Shown here: positions 1 through 10,460 of the stretch, one piece after another
Numbering within the stretch: the first letter of the stretch is position 1
Layout: each line of letters starts with the position of its first letter
Assembly: GCA_963677485.1 (NCBI GenBank)
Contig: OY781964.1
Location: 4,448,001-4,512,000, forward strand
Source of the DNA: Armatimonadota bacterium
GTDB taxonomy: Bacteria > Armatimonadota > HRBIN16
Direction: 5' to 3'
Length of the DNA: 64,000 nucleotides
Notes under the pieces: generated by a model
Told to the model about the DNA's origin: nothing
Database searches by the model: none
The model's input: only the letters and a program-made list of their open reading frames with translations
Translations under genes and position numbers: made by a program

Positions 1-1
1 T

Positions 2-1060
2 GAAGGTATCGGGGGGCCAAAACTTCGAGCTGAAGGTGTCAACCTTTGGCACGATACGTCCCACTGGGGGAGTATCGGTCTGGTTGAGGCGTTAAGAAAG
101 CTGCCAGTGGTATGGTTGACCTCGCTTATTGTGCGCACCAGGATGTTTTTCAGTCGGCCAGATGCGTTGCTTCTGGTCGATTTTGGTGCTTTCAATGCAC
201 GACTGGCGCAGTGGTACAAGCGTTGGGTTGGTGGTGATGTATATTACTACTTTCCGCCGAGTAGCTGGCGGCAAAACCCCACTTCACAATGCGATCTGGC
301 AAACTACACCGATCTGGTCATCACGCCTTTTCCCTGGTCGGCCACCTATCTCAAACAAAACAACGTCAATGCCTATTTCTATGGCCATCCGATGCTGGAT
401 ACGCTTGAGAATGCCACCCCACGAGATGAGTTTAGAGCCATGGTTGGGGTTGATGAGCAGTCTGTTTTAGTTGGCTTACTTCCCGGCAGCCGCCGGCAAG
501 AGATCCGGCATAATACAGCAGCCATGGTGCAGGGCATCAAGCTCTTGATGCAGCACCATTCCGAGGTGGAAGTCGCGGTGGCCATCGGGAACCCATCTGA
601 ATGCGACTGGATATTGAAGCAGTTCAGTCAAGCTGGTGTGTCTGTCAAAGCAACAGAGGACTCGCATGGACTGATGCGGGCAGCCGACATGTTGTGGAGT
701 TGCAGCGGAACCGCCACGCTGGAAGCCGCGGTGCTGGGAACTCCTATGATCATTATGTATCGAGGATCGAAGCTGCTGGAGTTCGAGTATCATCTTCTGA
801 AGCATAAGATCTCTATGTTTGGGATGCCGAACCTGATCTATGGCTCGAAAATCATACCCGAATTGGTTCAGAATGAGGTCAACCCACAAAGGCTGTTAAC
901 CGAAAGTGAAAATATCTGGCCAGGAAGTCCTGGTGCGATGAAGCAGACTGAAGCGTTGGACCATATCAAGCAGCAGCTTGGCTCACCAGGGGCCACCCAG
1001 AAGGCTGCCCAGCTCATTGCGCAACGCCTGGCTTCGATACCCACCAAGAGGAGTAAGTAA
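2..1060 (+). CDS. lpxB: Lipid-A-disaccharide synthase (5'-truncated by window edge)
   Basis: Frame is open from base 2 (EGIGGPKLRAEG...SIGLVEAL). Motifs VDFGAFN, GHPM, LLPGSRRQE, SGTATLEAA, PELVQ. Next to msbA and waaA. Confidence 0.92.
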   Translation, partial: EGIGGPKLRAEGVNLWHDTSHWGSIGLVEALRKLPVVWLTSLIVRTRMFFSRPDALLLVDFGAFNARLAQWYKRWVGGDVYYYFPPSSWRQNPTSQCDLANYTDLVITPFPWSATYLKQNNVNAYFYGHPMLDTLENATPRDEFRAMVGVDEQSVLVGLLPGSRRQEIRHNTAAMVQGIKLLMQHHSEVEVAVAIGNPSECDWILKQFSQAGVSVKATEDSHGLMRAADMLWSCSGTATLEAAVLGTPMIIMYRGSKLLEFEYHLLKHKISMFGMPNLIYGSKIIPELVQNEVNPQRLLTESENIWPGSPGAMKQTEALDHIKQQLGSPGATQKAAQLIAQRLASIPTKRSK

Positions 1061-1069
1061 CACCTGCAA

Positions 1070-2812
1070 GTGAATAACAAACAGCGCGAAGACATAGTAT
1101 TACAAAAGCAGTTATGGCTCGGTATCAAACCGCACCTGAAGTATGTGATTCTGGGTTTGATCTGTGCAGGTCTGGCACAGGCCATCAATATCAAGATTTT
1201 GGATCAAACGCGGCTGGTGGTGGATGCATCGACCATCACAAGGGACATCCGGGTTTTGAACCGTGTAAGCCTGTTTGTGTTATTTGGGTTTTTGCTGAAA
1301 TTCGCGTTTACTTTCGGCAACCTCTATTGGCTGCAGTTGGCCTCCAACAGGTTTACTCGGGACCTCCGTGACCGGGTGTTTGTCCATCTACAGGAACTGT
1401 CGTTAAGCTACTACAGCCAACGCCGTACCGGTGGATTGATATCTCTGCTGACCAATGATATCAATGCAATAGCCAGCGGCGGAACCATGTTGAAGGACTT
1501 GGTGGCGGCCCCAGTGGGTGCCGTCGGCGGTCTGTGCATGTTGTTTTATTACTCATGGAAACTGGCACTGATTGCGCTGGTATTAGTGCCCATCATGGCG
1601 TGGGTTATTCGCGGCATAGGGAGGCGCATCAGGCGTATCACCGCCGTGTCGCAAGGGCGGCTTGAAGAGGTGACAGCCACCATGCAGGAGTGTATTGCAG
1701 GCATTCGAGTGATCAAGGCGTTCACCGCTGAACCGCGGGAGATATCCAAATTCAAAGGACAGAATTTTGGAGCCTATAAGGCGACTATGAAGGGTGTGGT
1801 GGCCACCGCCACTTTGAAGCCTTTGATCGAGCAGATTGGGGCTTGCGGAATTGCTTTTGTGCTGTGGATGGGAGGGCGTTTGATTGTTGATGGACAGTTG
1901 ACGTTCGGAGCACTGGCCAGCTTCCTATTGATGCTCAACCTGGTGGCCCAGAGTATGCAGCAGGTAGGGGGGCTTAACAGCACGCGGCAACAGATGCTGG
2001 CAGCCGCGGAGCGCATATTTAGGGATATCCTGAACCATCCGGCCACAGACCACGACGACCCCAGTATGAAGCCTATGCCAGCCATCAAGGGTGACATCCA
2101 GTTCAACCATGTGAACTTCTCATACGGTGATGACCAAGAGGTTCTGCAAGACGTAAATTTCACGATTGCGCCAGGCAAGGTGATCGCATTAGTGGGTCCC
2201 AGCGGTTCTGGTAAAAGCACGATGGCTGACCTCATCCCGAGGTTTTATACACCCAGCAGCGGGAAGGTCTATATTGATGGTATCGACATCAGCCAGGTGT
2301 CTCTCTCATCACTGCGCAAGCAGATTGGTATTGTGCCCCAGGAGACGATGCTTTTTGCTGGTACCATACGTGATAACATCGCTTATGGACGGCCGGATGC
2401 GACTGATGAACAAGTGGTTGAGGCCGCGAAAGCCGCTAATGCCGACCTCTTCATTGAACGGATGCCCGAAAAATACCTCACGACGGTGGGTGAACGTGGC
2501 ATACGCGTGTCGGGTGGCGAACGGCAAAGAATCGCGATTGCGCGTGCCATTTTGAACAACCCGCGGGTGTTGATACTGGATGAAGCCACCAGCTCACTGG
2601 ATACAGCGTCTGAAAAACTGGTGCAGGATGCACTGGATAAGTTGATGCAGGCAAGATCGACTCTGGTGATAGCACACAGGTTAAGCACGGTGATCCATGC
2701 TGATATGATACTAGTTCTTGACCGTGGACAGATTATAGAACGCGGAACACATTCGGAACTCATCGAATTGGGCGGCACTTATGCAGGCCTGTTCAAGACG
2801 CAATTCAGTTAG
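1070..2812 (+). CDS. msbA: ABC exporter, fused TMD-NBD, MsbA-like lipid A flippase
   Basis: N-terminal TM helices, Walker A GPSGSGKST, signature VSGGERQR, Walker B ILDEATS. Lipid A gene context. Confidence 0.85.
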   Translation: MNNKQREDIVLQKQLWLGIKPHLKYVILGLICAGLAQAINIKILDQTRLVVDASTITRDIRVLNRVSLFVLFGFLLKFAFTFGNLYWLQLASNRFTRDLRDRVFVHLQELSLSYYSQRRTGGLISLLTNDINAIASGGTMLKDLVAAPVGAVGGLCMLFYYSWKLALIALVLVPIMAWVIRGIGRRIRRITAVSQGRLEEVTATMQECIAGIRVIKAFTAEPREISKFKGQNFGAYKATMKGVVATATLKPLIEQIGACGIAFVLWMGGRLIVDGQLTFGALASFLLMLNLVAQSMQQVGGLNSTRQQMLAAAERIFRDILNHPATDHDDPSMKPMPAIKGDIQFNHVNFSYGDDQEVLQDVNFTIAPGKVIALVGPSGSGKSTMADLIPRFYTPSSGKVYIDGIDISQVSLSSLRKQIGIVPQETMLFAGTIRDNIAYGRPDATDEQVVEAAKAANADLFIERMPEKYLTTVGERGIRVSGGERQRIAIARAILNNPRVLILDEATSSLDTASEKLVQDALDKLMQARSTLVIAHRLSTVIHADMILVLDRGQIIERGTHSELIELGGTYAGLFKTQFS

Positions 2813-2821
2813 GATGTAAAT

Positions 2822-3499
2822 ATGGACGAAAAAGCAGAAAAACCAGGTTTGTGGGAGCGGAATAGACCCAGAGTGCTGTCGGCATTGGTGTATGGACTGG
2901 CAAAATCTATTTTGCGCACACTGGACATCAACGTCATCAATCCTCCGCCATGTATGAAGGGAGAACCGCATGATGGGGCGATACTGCTGGGCTGGCATGG
3001 CCGGTCACTCATCCCAGCCCATGTGTTTACTGGTAAGGGCTTTCTAGCTTTGATATCGCTCTCACGGGATGGTGAGATACAGAACCACATATTTAACAGA
3101 TTTGGTTTCAAAACCATCCGCGGTTCTACGGGAAGAGGTGGGCTTAAAGCCGCTTTGATTGCAGCCAAACGGGTGCGAGATGGCGAAGTGCTGGCCTTCA
3201 CCCCTGACGGGCCTCGAGGACCGATCTACCAGGTGCAGATGGGGGCTATTATCATTGCCCAGAAGTCCGGACGCCCGATCTACTGTGCCGGCAACGCCGC
3301 GAATCCAGCACGATTTCTACCCACTTGGGATAAATACATGATCCCTATGCCGTTTGGCAGGGCAGAGTTTGTGTTCGGTGATGCCATCACGGTGCCAGCC
3401 GACGCCGATGAGCATCAGCTTGAAGCTATCCGCAAGCATGTGCAAAATGAAATGAACCGACATCAGCAAGAGGCTGAAGACCGGGTCGGCTTGAAGTGA
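2822..3499 (+). CDS. DUF374-family acyltransferase (LpxJ-like lipid A late acyltransferase)
   Basis: Motifs WHGR, SLSRDGE, IRGSTGRGG, FTPDGPRGP, WDKYMIPMPF. Lies between msbA and waaA. Confidence 0.8.
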   Translation: MDEKAEKPGLWERNRPRVLSALVYGLAKSILRTLDINVINPPPCMKGEPHDGAILLGWHGRSLIPAHVFTGKGFLALISLSRDGEIQNHIFNRFGFKTIRGSTGRGGLKAALIAAKRVRDGEVLAFTPDGPRGPIYQVQMGAIIIAQKSGRPIYCAGNAANPARFLPTWDKYMIPMPFGRAEFVFGDAITVPADADEHQLEAIRKHVQNEMNRHQQEAEDRVGLK

Positions 3500-4779
3500 T
3501 TCTCGCCATCTACAATGTGCTGCTGTTGGTCGCTAGTCCCATCCTGCTGGTGTGGCTGCTCATGCGGCTTGGAGCAGGCAAAGGGCGTATCGGATGGAGT
3601 GCACGGCTGGGGTTCCTACCGAAAAACACCGACACCACCAGACCGCTGATCTGGATACACGCCGTGTCCGTCGGTGAGGTGATCGCAGCCCAACCGCTAC
3701 TTCAAGTGATCCGCAAGGAGATGCCACAGGCCCGGCTGATGATGACCTGCATCACCGATACTGGTTTCGAAACCGCTCAGGCGCATGTGGGCAAAAGCAT
3801 TGATGTAGTCACCCAACTCTCCATTGACCTGTTACCCTGCGTGGCACTGGCGATGAGCCGCGTGAAGCCAGATGCGCTGGTGTGTATGGAGACGGAGATA
3901 TGGCCGAACCTGATCGCTTGTGCTCGACGTCGAGGTATACCGGTCATGATCGCCAACGGGCGGATTTCTGACAAGAGCTATCCGAAGTATATGAAGGCCA
4001 GACTGCTGATCGCCGACACGCTGCGTCGCGTGAGCTGTATCTGCACACAGTCATCGGGTGATGCGGAACGCTTCAAAGCGATTGGCGCCGTTGCCGATCG
4101 TGTGGTCGTCACCGGAAATACGAAGTTTGATGGTGCCGCTGGAATACCGGACGTAGACAGGGTGCAGTACCGCAACCAGCTTGGTCTGCCGGACACGGGA
4201 GCGGTGCTGGTCATTGGCAGCACCCGAGCTGCTGAAGAGGAGCTCATCGTTGCGGATGCCTACGCCCAGTTGTTGATACAACATCCCGATCTTTGCCTGG
4301 TGTGGGCACCACGACATTTGGAGCGCAAAGCCGATGTGGTCACTGCGTTAACCGATAAGGGATGTACCCCTTGGCTGCGCTCAGATGGAACACCATCACA
4401 GCCTGCTCAGCAGATCGTGCTGGATACTTTTGGTGAGTTGGCGAAGGTGTATGCGCTCGGTGAGGTCGCGGTGATCGGTGGGAGTTTTGTGCCGCTGGGG
4501 GGTCAGAACCTTCTGCAGGCACTCGCATACGGGCTTCCTGTGGTTCACGGGCCGTACATGCAGAACTTCCGCGATATCTCCGCGATCTGTATGGAACGTG
4601 GCTTGAGTTTTGTGGTCAAAGACGCACACGAGCTGGCTGACACCCTTCACAATATCTTGAGCGGCGGGGCCTTACGCGAGCGTGTGAGGGTTACCGCTCA
4701 GAAGGTGATTGCGGAGAACTCAGGGGCATCGCAACGGATGTATGACGCTTTGCACGCCATGATGTCAACAAACCGATAA
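3496..4779 (+). CDS. waaA: 3-deoxy-D-manno-octulosonic acid (Kdo) transferase
   Basis: IWIHAVSVGE, ETEIWPN, NGRIS, GNTKFD, APRHLER, GGSFVPLGGQN. Confidence 0.93.
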   Translation: MILAIYNVLLLVASPILLVWLLMRLGAGKGRIGWSARLGFLPKNTDTTRPLIWIHAVSVGEVIAAQPLLQVIRKEMPQARLMMTCITDTGFETAQAHVGKSIDVVTQLSIDLLPCVALAMSRVKPDALVCMETEIWPNLIACARRRGIPVMIANGRISDKSYPKYMKARLLIADTLRRVSCICTQSSGDAERFKAIGAVADRVVVTGNTKFDGAAGIPDVDRVQYRNQLGLPDTGAVLVIGSTRAAEEELIVADAYAQLLIQHPDLCLVWAPRHLERKADVVTALTDKGCTPWLRSDGTPSQPAQQIVLDTFGELAKVYALGEVAVIGGSFVPLGGQNLLQALAYGLPVVHGPYMQNFRDISAICMERGLSFVVKDAHELADTLHNILSGGALRERVRVTAQKVIAENSGASQRMYDALHAMMSTNR

Positions 4780-6229
4780 GCAGTAGAATGACCAGGCTGG
4801 GGATATCGCCCAAACGGGTATAAAGTGTCTTGGCGGTGATCAAGCCTACTTCGCAGTTGAAGCTGCTATCTTTGTATTTCGGCGTTGTGCGCAACACCTC
4901 GCCAGTTGGGCTGAATAGCCCCGATATCCCTGTCAGTGCCGATCGCACCAGCCATCTGTGGTGTTCCGCGGCACGCAGAGCACTGAACTCAAAATGCTGT
5001 TGTGCTGCGGGAGAATTCCCAAACCAACTGTCATTGGTCACCACACACAGCAATCTGGCCCCCTTACTGACCATCTGCTGGCTGACCCATGGCAATGTGC
5101 TTTCGAAGCAGACTGGCGAACCGATACGGTAGCTTGTTAATATGTCCGAAGTGTGCCCGGCTGTTCGGTCACCGAAGTTCGCACCAAATTGAGCCACCCA
5201 CGGCATGGCGTTGCGGTAGGGGATATACTCACCCCAGGGTATGAGGTGCTGTTTGACGTAATGCGTGATTTGGCCGTTATCATAGGCGCTGACCGCATTA
5301 AAGCTGTCCTTGCCCACAGTCCATCCTCCACCCGCCAATATCGTGATACCCTGTTTTGATATCGCCGCCAACCCTTCATCAAGCATCCCAGGAAACGTAT
5401 CTGGAAGGTAGGATTCGGGATAGACCAGCAGGTCGCTATCCATGTTGCGCGCGATCTGAATACCCTGCTGAGCTTTTTCAAGCACCTTCGGTATGGTTTG
5501 GTATTCGGGTGTGTGGGTGACTTCGATGTTCGGTTGTATGACTGTTACTTTGAGGGTAGGGGTGCTCTGGTTTGTGTGGAAGATCGTCGTAGCCCCGTAG
5601 ATAACACAGCACACTATTAATATGGCCGTGGTGTAGAGCGGACGCACGCTTTTTGCCCGGTATGCATCGAAGATGGCCATATTCACAGCCACTATAAGCG
5701 CACTCAAGCCCCAGGAGCCCAGCAGCGACACGGACTGAAGGATGAGCAGCTCGCGGCTTTGGCTGACCGCCAGTTGGCCCCAGAGAAACCCAAACATACC
5801 GGAGCTTCGTAGGTACTCCAGCACAGCCCATATTGCACCTGCCAACATCGGACTTGCGAAATTGCGTCTGGACAACGACCACACGATAACTGCAAACAGG
5901 CAGGGGTAGACTGCTTCCACCACTACACAGAACAGCCACGGAAATATTCCCATCCATGCCTTATCTGCATGAGAACCGATAAAAGGCACTAGCCAGGAGA
6001 TATGCAACCCAAAGAACACCAGCCCCCAAAGGAAGCCCGCTTTAGCTGCTGATTTCCATGTGCTGCACTTAACCAGTGTCGCAAGGAATGGAATCAAGCC
6101 TATCCATGCCACCCATGCCCAGCCGATCGGCTGAAACGCCAGTTGCATGATGACGGCACTGAGAATCAATGCGCCTGATGATTTGAAGGGGGCGGTGTGT
6201 ATCCGACGGAATATTGTGAATCCTGGCAT
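4691..6229 (-). CDS. lnt: Apolipoprotein N-acyltransferase
   Basis: Multi-TM N-terminus. Nitrilase triad motifs YPES, YVKQHLIPWGEY, VCFES, plus TNDSWFG. Confidence 0.92.
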   Translation of the reverse strand: MPGFTIFRRIHTAPFKSSGALILSAVIMQLAFQPIGWAWVAWIGLIPFLATLVKCSTWKSAAKAGFLWGLVFFGLHISWLVPFIGSHADKAWMGIFPWLFCVVVEAVYPCLFAVIVWSLSRRNFASPMLAGAIWAVLEYLRSSGMFGFLWGQLAVSQSRELLILQSVSLLGSWGLSALIVAVNMAIFDAYRAKSVRPLYTTAILIVCCVIYGATTIFHTNQSTPTLKVTVIQPNIEVTHTPEYQTIPKVLEKAQQGIQIARNMDSDLLVYPESYLPDTFPGMLDEGLAAISKQGITILAGGGWTVGKDSFNAVSAYDNGQITHYVKQHLIPWGEYIPYRNAMPWVAQFGANFGDRTAGHTSDILTSYRIGSPVCFESTLPWVSQQMVSKGARLLCVVTNDSWFGNSPAAQQHFEFSALRAAEHHRWLVRSALTGISGLFSPTGEVLRTTPKYKDSSFNCEVGLITAKTLYTRLGDIPSLVILLLIGLLTSWRAKRHTSVAMPLSSPQSPSER

Positions 6230-8238
6230 TACCGCTTATACCGCGGGTCATTGGGGATCATCTTCTTGAGGCGGTTGATCTCGTCACGTAACTCAGCCGC
6301 TTTCTCAAATTCGAGCGACTTCGCAGCTGCTTTCATGTCGCGCTCCATATCAGCAATCGCCAGATGGATGTCTTCTGGTGTGGCATGTTCACCAAGGGTG
6401 GGCTTGATGTTATATGTGGTGTGGGATTCAGCCGCCTTATCAAACCGGACCACATCACGAACCGCCTTCACAATTGATTCGGGCACGATATTGTTTTCTT
6501 GGTTATATTTCTGCTGGATTACGCGCCTGCGGTTCGTCTCGCGAATCGCCCGCTCCATGCTGCCCGTAATATGATCGGCGTATAGAATCACCTGACCGTT
6601 GATATGACGGGCGGCACGGCCGATGGTCTGCACCAGTGCGGTTTCGCTGCGGAGGAAGCCTTCCTTATCGGCATCAAGGATCGCCACCATCGAGACCTCT
6701 GGAAGGTCTAGTCCTTCGCGAAGCAGGTTGATGCCGATCACGACGTCATAAACCCCCAGCCGTAGGTCGCGGAGTATCTCCTGCCGACCGATGGTATCCA
6801 CATCGCTGTGCAGGTAGTTGACCTTCAAACCGAGCTCTTCAAAATACTGTGTGAGCTCTTCACTCATCTTTTTGGTGAGTGTGGTGACGAGCACCCGTTC
6901 GCCGACCTCCGAGTGTAGTTGAATCTCATTTACGAGGTCGTCGATCTGACCCTTCACAGGACGGACGATGACCTCAGGATCGATCAAGCCGGTAGGGCGT
7001 ATGAGCTGCTCCGCGGTGACCTTGCTGAGGCTGTTCTCTAATGGTCCGGGTGTAGCAGAGACATACACGATCTGGTGGGTCAGCTTCTCAAATTCATCAT
7101 ATCGTAACGGACGGTTATCGAGTGCGGAGGGCAGCCGGAAGCCATAATTGACCAGCATGGTTTTGCGTGACCGGTCGCCGTTATACATGCCGCGTATCTG
7201 CGGAACCGTCTGGTGGCTTTCATCGATGAACATCAAAAAGTCTTTAGGGAAGTAGTCCAGCAATGTATAAGGACGTTCGCCAGCTTTTCGGCCATCAAAG
7301 TAGCGGGAGTAGTTCTCAATTCCGCTGCAGTAGCCTATCTCTTTCATCATCTCAATATCAAACTCTGTGCGCTGGCGGATACGCTGAGCTTCGATCAGCT
7401 TGTTCTGCTCCTCGAACAACCGCTCCTGCAGTTCCATCTCCTGGCGCACTTCCTTGATGATGCCGTCCATTCGGTCCCACGGCGTGACGTAGTGAGTGGC
7501 TGGGTAGATACTCACCTGATCAAGCATGTCAATCACTTCGCCAGTGACCGGATTAAGGGTCACGATACGCTCCAGGTCGTCCCCGAAGAACTCAATACGG
7601 ATGCATGTGTCATCGTCCGCGGGGGTGATGTCCACCACATCGCCACGAACCCGGAAGCTGCCGCGTTCGTTCGTGAAGTCATTGCGTTTGAACTGCATCT
7701 TCACGAGGTGCTTCAACACATTGTCGAAGTTATACTGTTCGCCAACCTGGAAGGAGAGCATCTGGGCGACATACTCTTCGGGGTCACCCAAGCCGTAGAT
7801 GCAGCTCACCGAGGCGATGATCACCGTGTCACGGCGTTCCAGCACGCTCTGTGTGGCGGCATGGCGCAGACGGTCGATCTCATCGTTGATGGCCGAGTCC
7901 TTCTCGATGAAAGTGTCTGTCTGCGGGATGTAGGCTTCTGGCTGGTAATAGTCGTAATAGGAAACGAAATATTCTACTTTGTTGTTTGGGAAGAACTCAC
8001 GGAACTCTTGGCAGAGCTGTGAAGCCAGGGTCTTGTTGTGGGCGAATATCAGCGCAGGCCGCTGCAGCTTCGCGATGACCGCTGCCATGGTGTAGGTCTT
8101 GCCTGATCCGGTGACCCCTAGAAGGGTCTGATGCTGGTTTCCAGCATTCAAGCTGTTGACCAGTGTCTGGATGGCCGTCGCCTGATCACCTCGTGGTGTA
8201 AACTTGTTATTCAGTTGAAAGAGTTTAGAATTATCCAC
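6229..8238 (-). CDS. uvrB: Excinuclease ABC subunit B
   Basis: [18 protein letters not shown] beta-hairpin, [15 protein letters not shown]-terminal UVR coiled coil. Confidence 0.98.
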   Translation of the reverse strand: MDNSKLFQLNNKFTPRGDQATAIQTLVNSLNAGNQHQTLLGVTGSGKTYTMAAVIAKLQRPALIFAHNKTLASQLCQEFREFFPNNKVEYFVSYYDYYQPEAYIPQTDTFIEKDSAINDEIDRLRHAATQSVLERRDTVIIASVSCIYGLGDPEEYVAQMLSFQVGEQYNFDNVLKHLVKMQFKRNDFTNERGSFRVRGDVVDITPADDDTCIRIEFFGDDLERIVTLNPVTGEVIDMLDQVSIYPATHYVTPWDRMDGIIKEVRQEMELQERLFEEQNKLIEAQRIRQRTEFDIEMMKEIGYCSGIENYSRYFDGRKAGERPYTLLDYFPKDFLMFIDESHQTVPQIRGMYNGDRSRKTMLVNYGFRLPSALDNRPLRYDEFEKLTHQIVYVSATPGPLENSLSKVTAEQLIRPTGLIDPEVIVRPVKGQIDDLVNEIQLHSEVGERVLVTTLTKKMSEELTQYFEELGLKVNYLHSDVDTIGRQEILRDLRLGVYDVVIGINLLREGLDLPEVSMVAILDADKEGFLRSETALVQTIGRAARHINGQVILYADHITGSMERAIRETNRRRVIQQKYNQENNIVPESIVKAVRDVVRFDKAAESHTTYNIKPTLGEHATPEDIHLAIADMERDMKAAAKSLEFEKAAELRDEINRLKKMIPNDPRYKR

Positions 8239-8391
8239 ATCTATTATTCTACCTCAAGCGCGTAAGGCCTTACAGTGGACGGAGGCTGTAGCTCTGGTCA
8301 CGGAATGGTGGTATCATCAACGACCAAGCAGGAATTCCAGGCCCGGCCGTCGTATAATAGTTGGATAAACCCAAATTCAGGAGGCATCATC

Positions 8392-8715
8392 ATGCAACGC
8401 ATAGGAATGTTACTTAAAGTCAAGCCCGACAAGCTCGAAGAATACAAGCAAATCCACGCCAATATCTGGCCCGACCTCATTGCTGAACTCAAAACGGCTG
8501 GGATGCGCAACTACAGCCTGTGGCTCTGCCCGGATGGCACCGAGTTCGGCTACCTGGAATGCGATGACTGGGCCGCGACCTGCGCCTATCTCGATAAGTC
8601 TGAGGTACACACCCGCTGGCAGGTTTATATGCAGAACTATCTCGACTGCCCGGTGAATGAGGGACAGGGTGGTCAGCCCGTGACCATGCTGGAGATGTCC
8701 TTCTTGATGGAGTAA
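8392..8715 (+). CDS. L-rhamnose mutarotase family protein
   Basis: EEYKQIHANIWPDL...GMRNYSLW...RWQVYM. AGGAGG RBS before ATG 8392; the ORF-track start at 8275 is probably too early. Confidence 0.8.
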   Translation: MQRIGMLLKVKPDKLEEYKQIHANIWPDLIAELKTAGMRNYSLWLCPDGTEFGYLECDDWAATCAYLDKSEVHTRWQVYMQNYLDCPVNEGQGGQPVTMLEMSFLME

Positions 8716-8734
8716 CCGATCCTATCCAGGTATT

Positions 8735-8780
8735 ACACGCTGGTCGGCATCGTTCATTCGAAGCCGTACCGGCGTGTTTT
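8735..8780 (+). terminator. Probable intrinsic terminator
   Basis: ACACGCTGGT-CGGC...GCCG-TACCGGCGTGT stem followed by a T run, 20 nt after the stop codon. Confidence 0.5.
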
Positions 8781-8887
8781 GCTTTCTGGGCGTCAAGCAG
8801 CGATCCATGGGTTGACATCAGTACCATGCATCTATCATAATCATGTCATGCCATACGGCAAATACAGTCATATTTGGGGAGGTTCAC

Positions 8888-9196
8888 ATGCCAGAATGGG
8901 TATATGGACTACTCGGCTTCATCGCACTCACCGTTCTGCTAACTCTCTATTCCATGCGTGTGCGCAACTCTAGCTGGCAGGGCACTGTGGTGGAGATCCG
9001 TGAGCACAGCTACCTCGACAGCAACGAAATGCAGCAAGATGAGATGCAGATATTTTACAAGCTCGATGGCGGCGGCATAAAGAAGATGAACCTGTCTCGA
9101 TCCGCCTATTCCCAGGTCTACCCGGATCTCAAAGTGGGTGACAAGTTTATCAAGGAAAAGGGTGTGTATCATCCCAGGAGGGTCGCCGCAGGCTAG
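8888..9196 (+). CDS. Small membrane-anchored hypothetical protein
   Basis: GGAGG RBS, single N-terminal TM helix, beta-rich C-terminus (WQGTVV...LKVGDKFIKEKG). Confidence 0.7.
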   Translation: MPEWVYGLLGFIALTVLLTLYSMRVRNSSWQGTVVEIREHSYLDSNEMQQDEMQIFYKLDGGGIKKMNLSRSAYSQVYPDLKVGDKFIKEKGVYHPRRVAAG

Positions 9197-9326
9197 ATTT
9201 CCGTGGCCTGTGAAGCATACACCGCCTTCTTACGCATCCATATAGCTCGCGTGTGCTAAAATGAAAACAGGTGATAGTGTTTCACCAACATATTGACGCG
9301 CGAGTGCGTATAAGGATGAATGCATT

Positions 9327-10199
9327 ATGCCTACTTCTGTAGGCGTCTCTTTCAAGCGTGTAGGCCGGTGCTACTGGTTTTCGCTGGGCGATATCTCCCC
9401 TCTAGAACTACCTGAATGGACCGAAGTCATTGTGGAAACACAACGCGGCCTTGAGGTAGGGCGCGTGCGCATACCCGCTTGTGAGGTGGAAGAGGCGGAT
9501 TTACAGGCCCCACTGAAGCCGATTATCCGCATTGCCAGCGATACAGACCGTCAGCGGGAGCGTGAGAACAAGCAGGCCGCTGCCACCGCGCTCGATTCGT
9601 GTAAAGATCGTGTGTCTAAACACAATCTGCCCATGAAGCTGGTGAAGGCGGAATACACCTTCGACCGATCGCAGCTCACCTTCTTTTTCGTGGCGGACAA
9701 CCGTGTGGACTTTCGCGAGCTGGTCAGAGATTTAGCGGCGACTTTCCGCACCAGAATCCAACTGCTGCAGATAGGCCCACGCGATCAGGCGAAGATGCTC
9801 GGAGGCATGGGTCTTTGCGGTCGGGGTCTCTGTTGCGCCACTTTCTTGTCGGATTTCCTGCCGATCTCTATGAAGATGGCTAAAGACCAAAACCTGTTCC
9901 TCAACCCGGTGAAGTTTTCCGGTATCTGCGGAAAACTGCTTTGCTGCTTGAAATACGAGCACGAAACATACTGCGGGATGCGCAAGGGGATGCCCAGGGT
10001 TGGTCAGGTGGTCACGACACCGCAAGGCGATGGCACTGTGCAAGATCTCAACATACTGAAGCACCTGGCGCTAATTGTTAAAGGCAGCGAACAACCTGCA
10101 TGGTATGATTGCGCCGAACTAAACTGGAGCAGTCAATGCGACTGCGATGCCCATGATGACCCTGATGAGGAGGCTTACGAACAACATGCCGATTTATGA
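9327..10199 (+). CDS. ricT: PSP1 domain protein, RicT/YaaT family
   Basis: RVDFRELVRDLA, GLCGRGLCC, MKMAKDQNL, SGICGKLLCCLKYE. Confidence 0.88.
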   Translation: MPTSVGVSFKRVGRCYWFSLGDISPLELPEWTEVIVETQRGLEVGRVRIPACEVEEADLQAPLKPIIRIASDTDRQRERENKQAAATALDSCKDRVSKHNLPMKLVKAEYTFDRSQLTFFFVADNRVDFRELVRDLAATFRTRIQLLQIGPRDQAKMLGGMGLCGRGLCCATFLSDFLPISMKMAKDQNLFLNPVKFSGICGKLLCCLKYEHETYCGMRKGMPRVGQVVTTPQGDGTVQDLNILKHLALIVKGSEQPAWYDCAELNWSSQCDCDAHDDPDEEAYEQHADL

Positions 10200-10419
10200 A
10201 TTTCTATGCAGCGAATGCCAACACGGCTTTGAAGAGCTGCTGCCATCAACAGACATCTCCAAGGTCCAATGTCCGAAATGCAAAGGCGCCAAAGTCAAAC
10301 GGCAGCTCAGTCTATTCGGTATCGGAAAGCCGATGCCCAAGAGCTCAGCGTGCGACTCCTGTTGCTCCGCCGACGGCATGCCAGCCTGTGCGGGCAGCGG
10401 ATACTGCGGCCTGAAGTAA
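10186..10419 (+). CDS. FmdB-family zinc-ribbon protein
   Basis: MPIYEFLCSEC...CPKC and a Cys-rich tail. GAGGAGG RBS; start at ATG 10186. Confidence 0.85.
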   Translation: MPIYEFLCSECQHGFEELLPSTDISKVQCPKCKGAKVKRQLSLFGIGKPMPKSSACDSCCSADGMPACAGSGYCGLK

Positions 10420-10460
10420 GTCGATTTACCAAACCATAACCGGAGGAAAACAGCAACTGC

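Noticed and set aside
7213-8022. 269-aa + strand ORF
   Set aside because: Antisense shadow of uvrB with no protein-like motifs.
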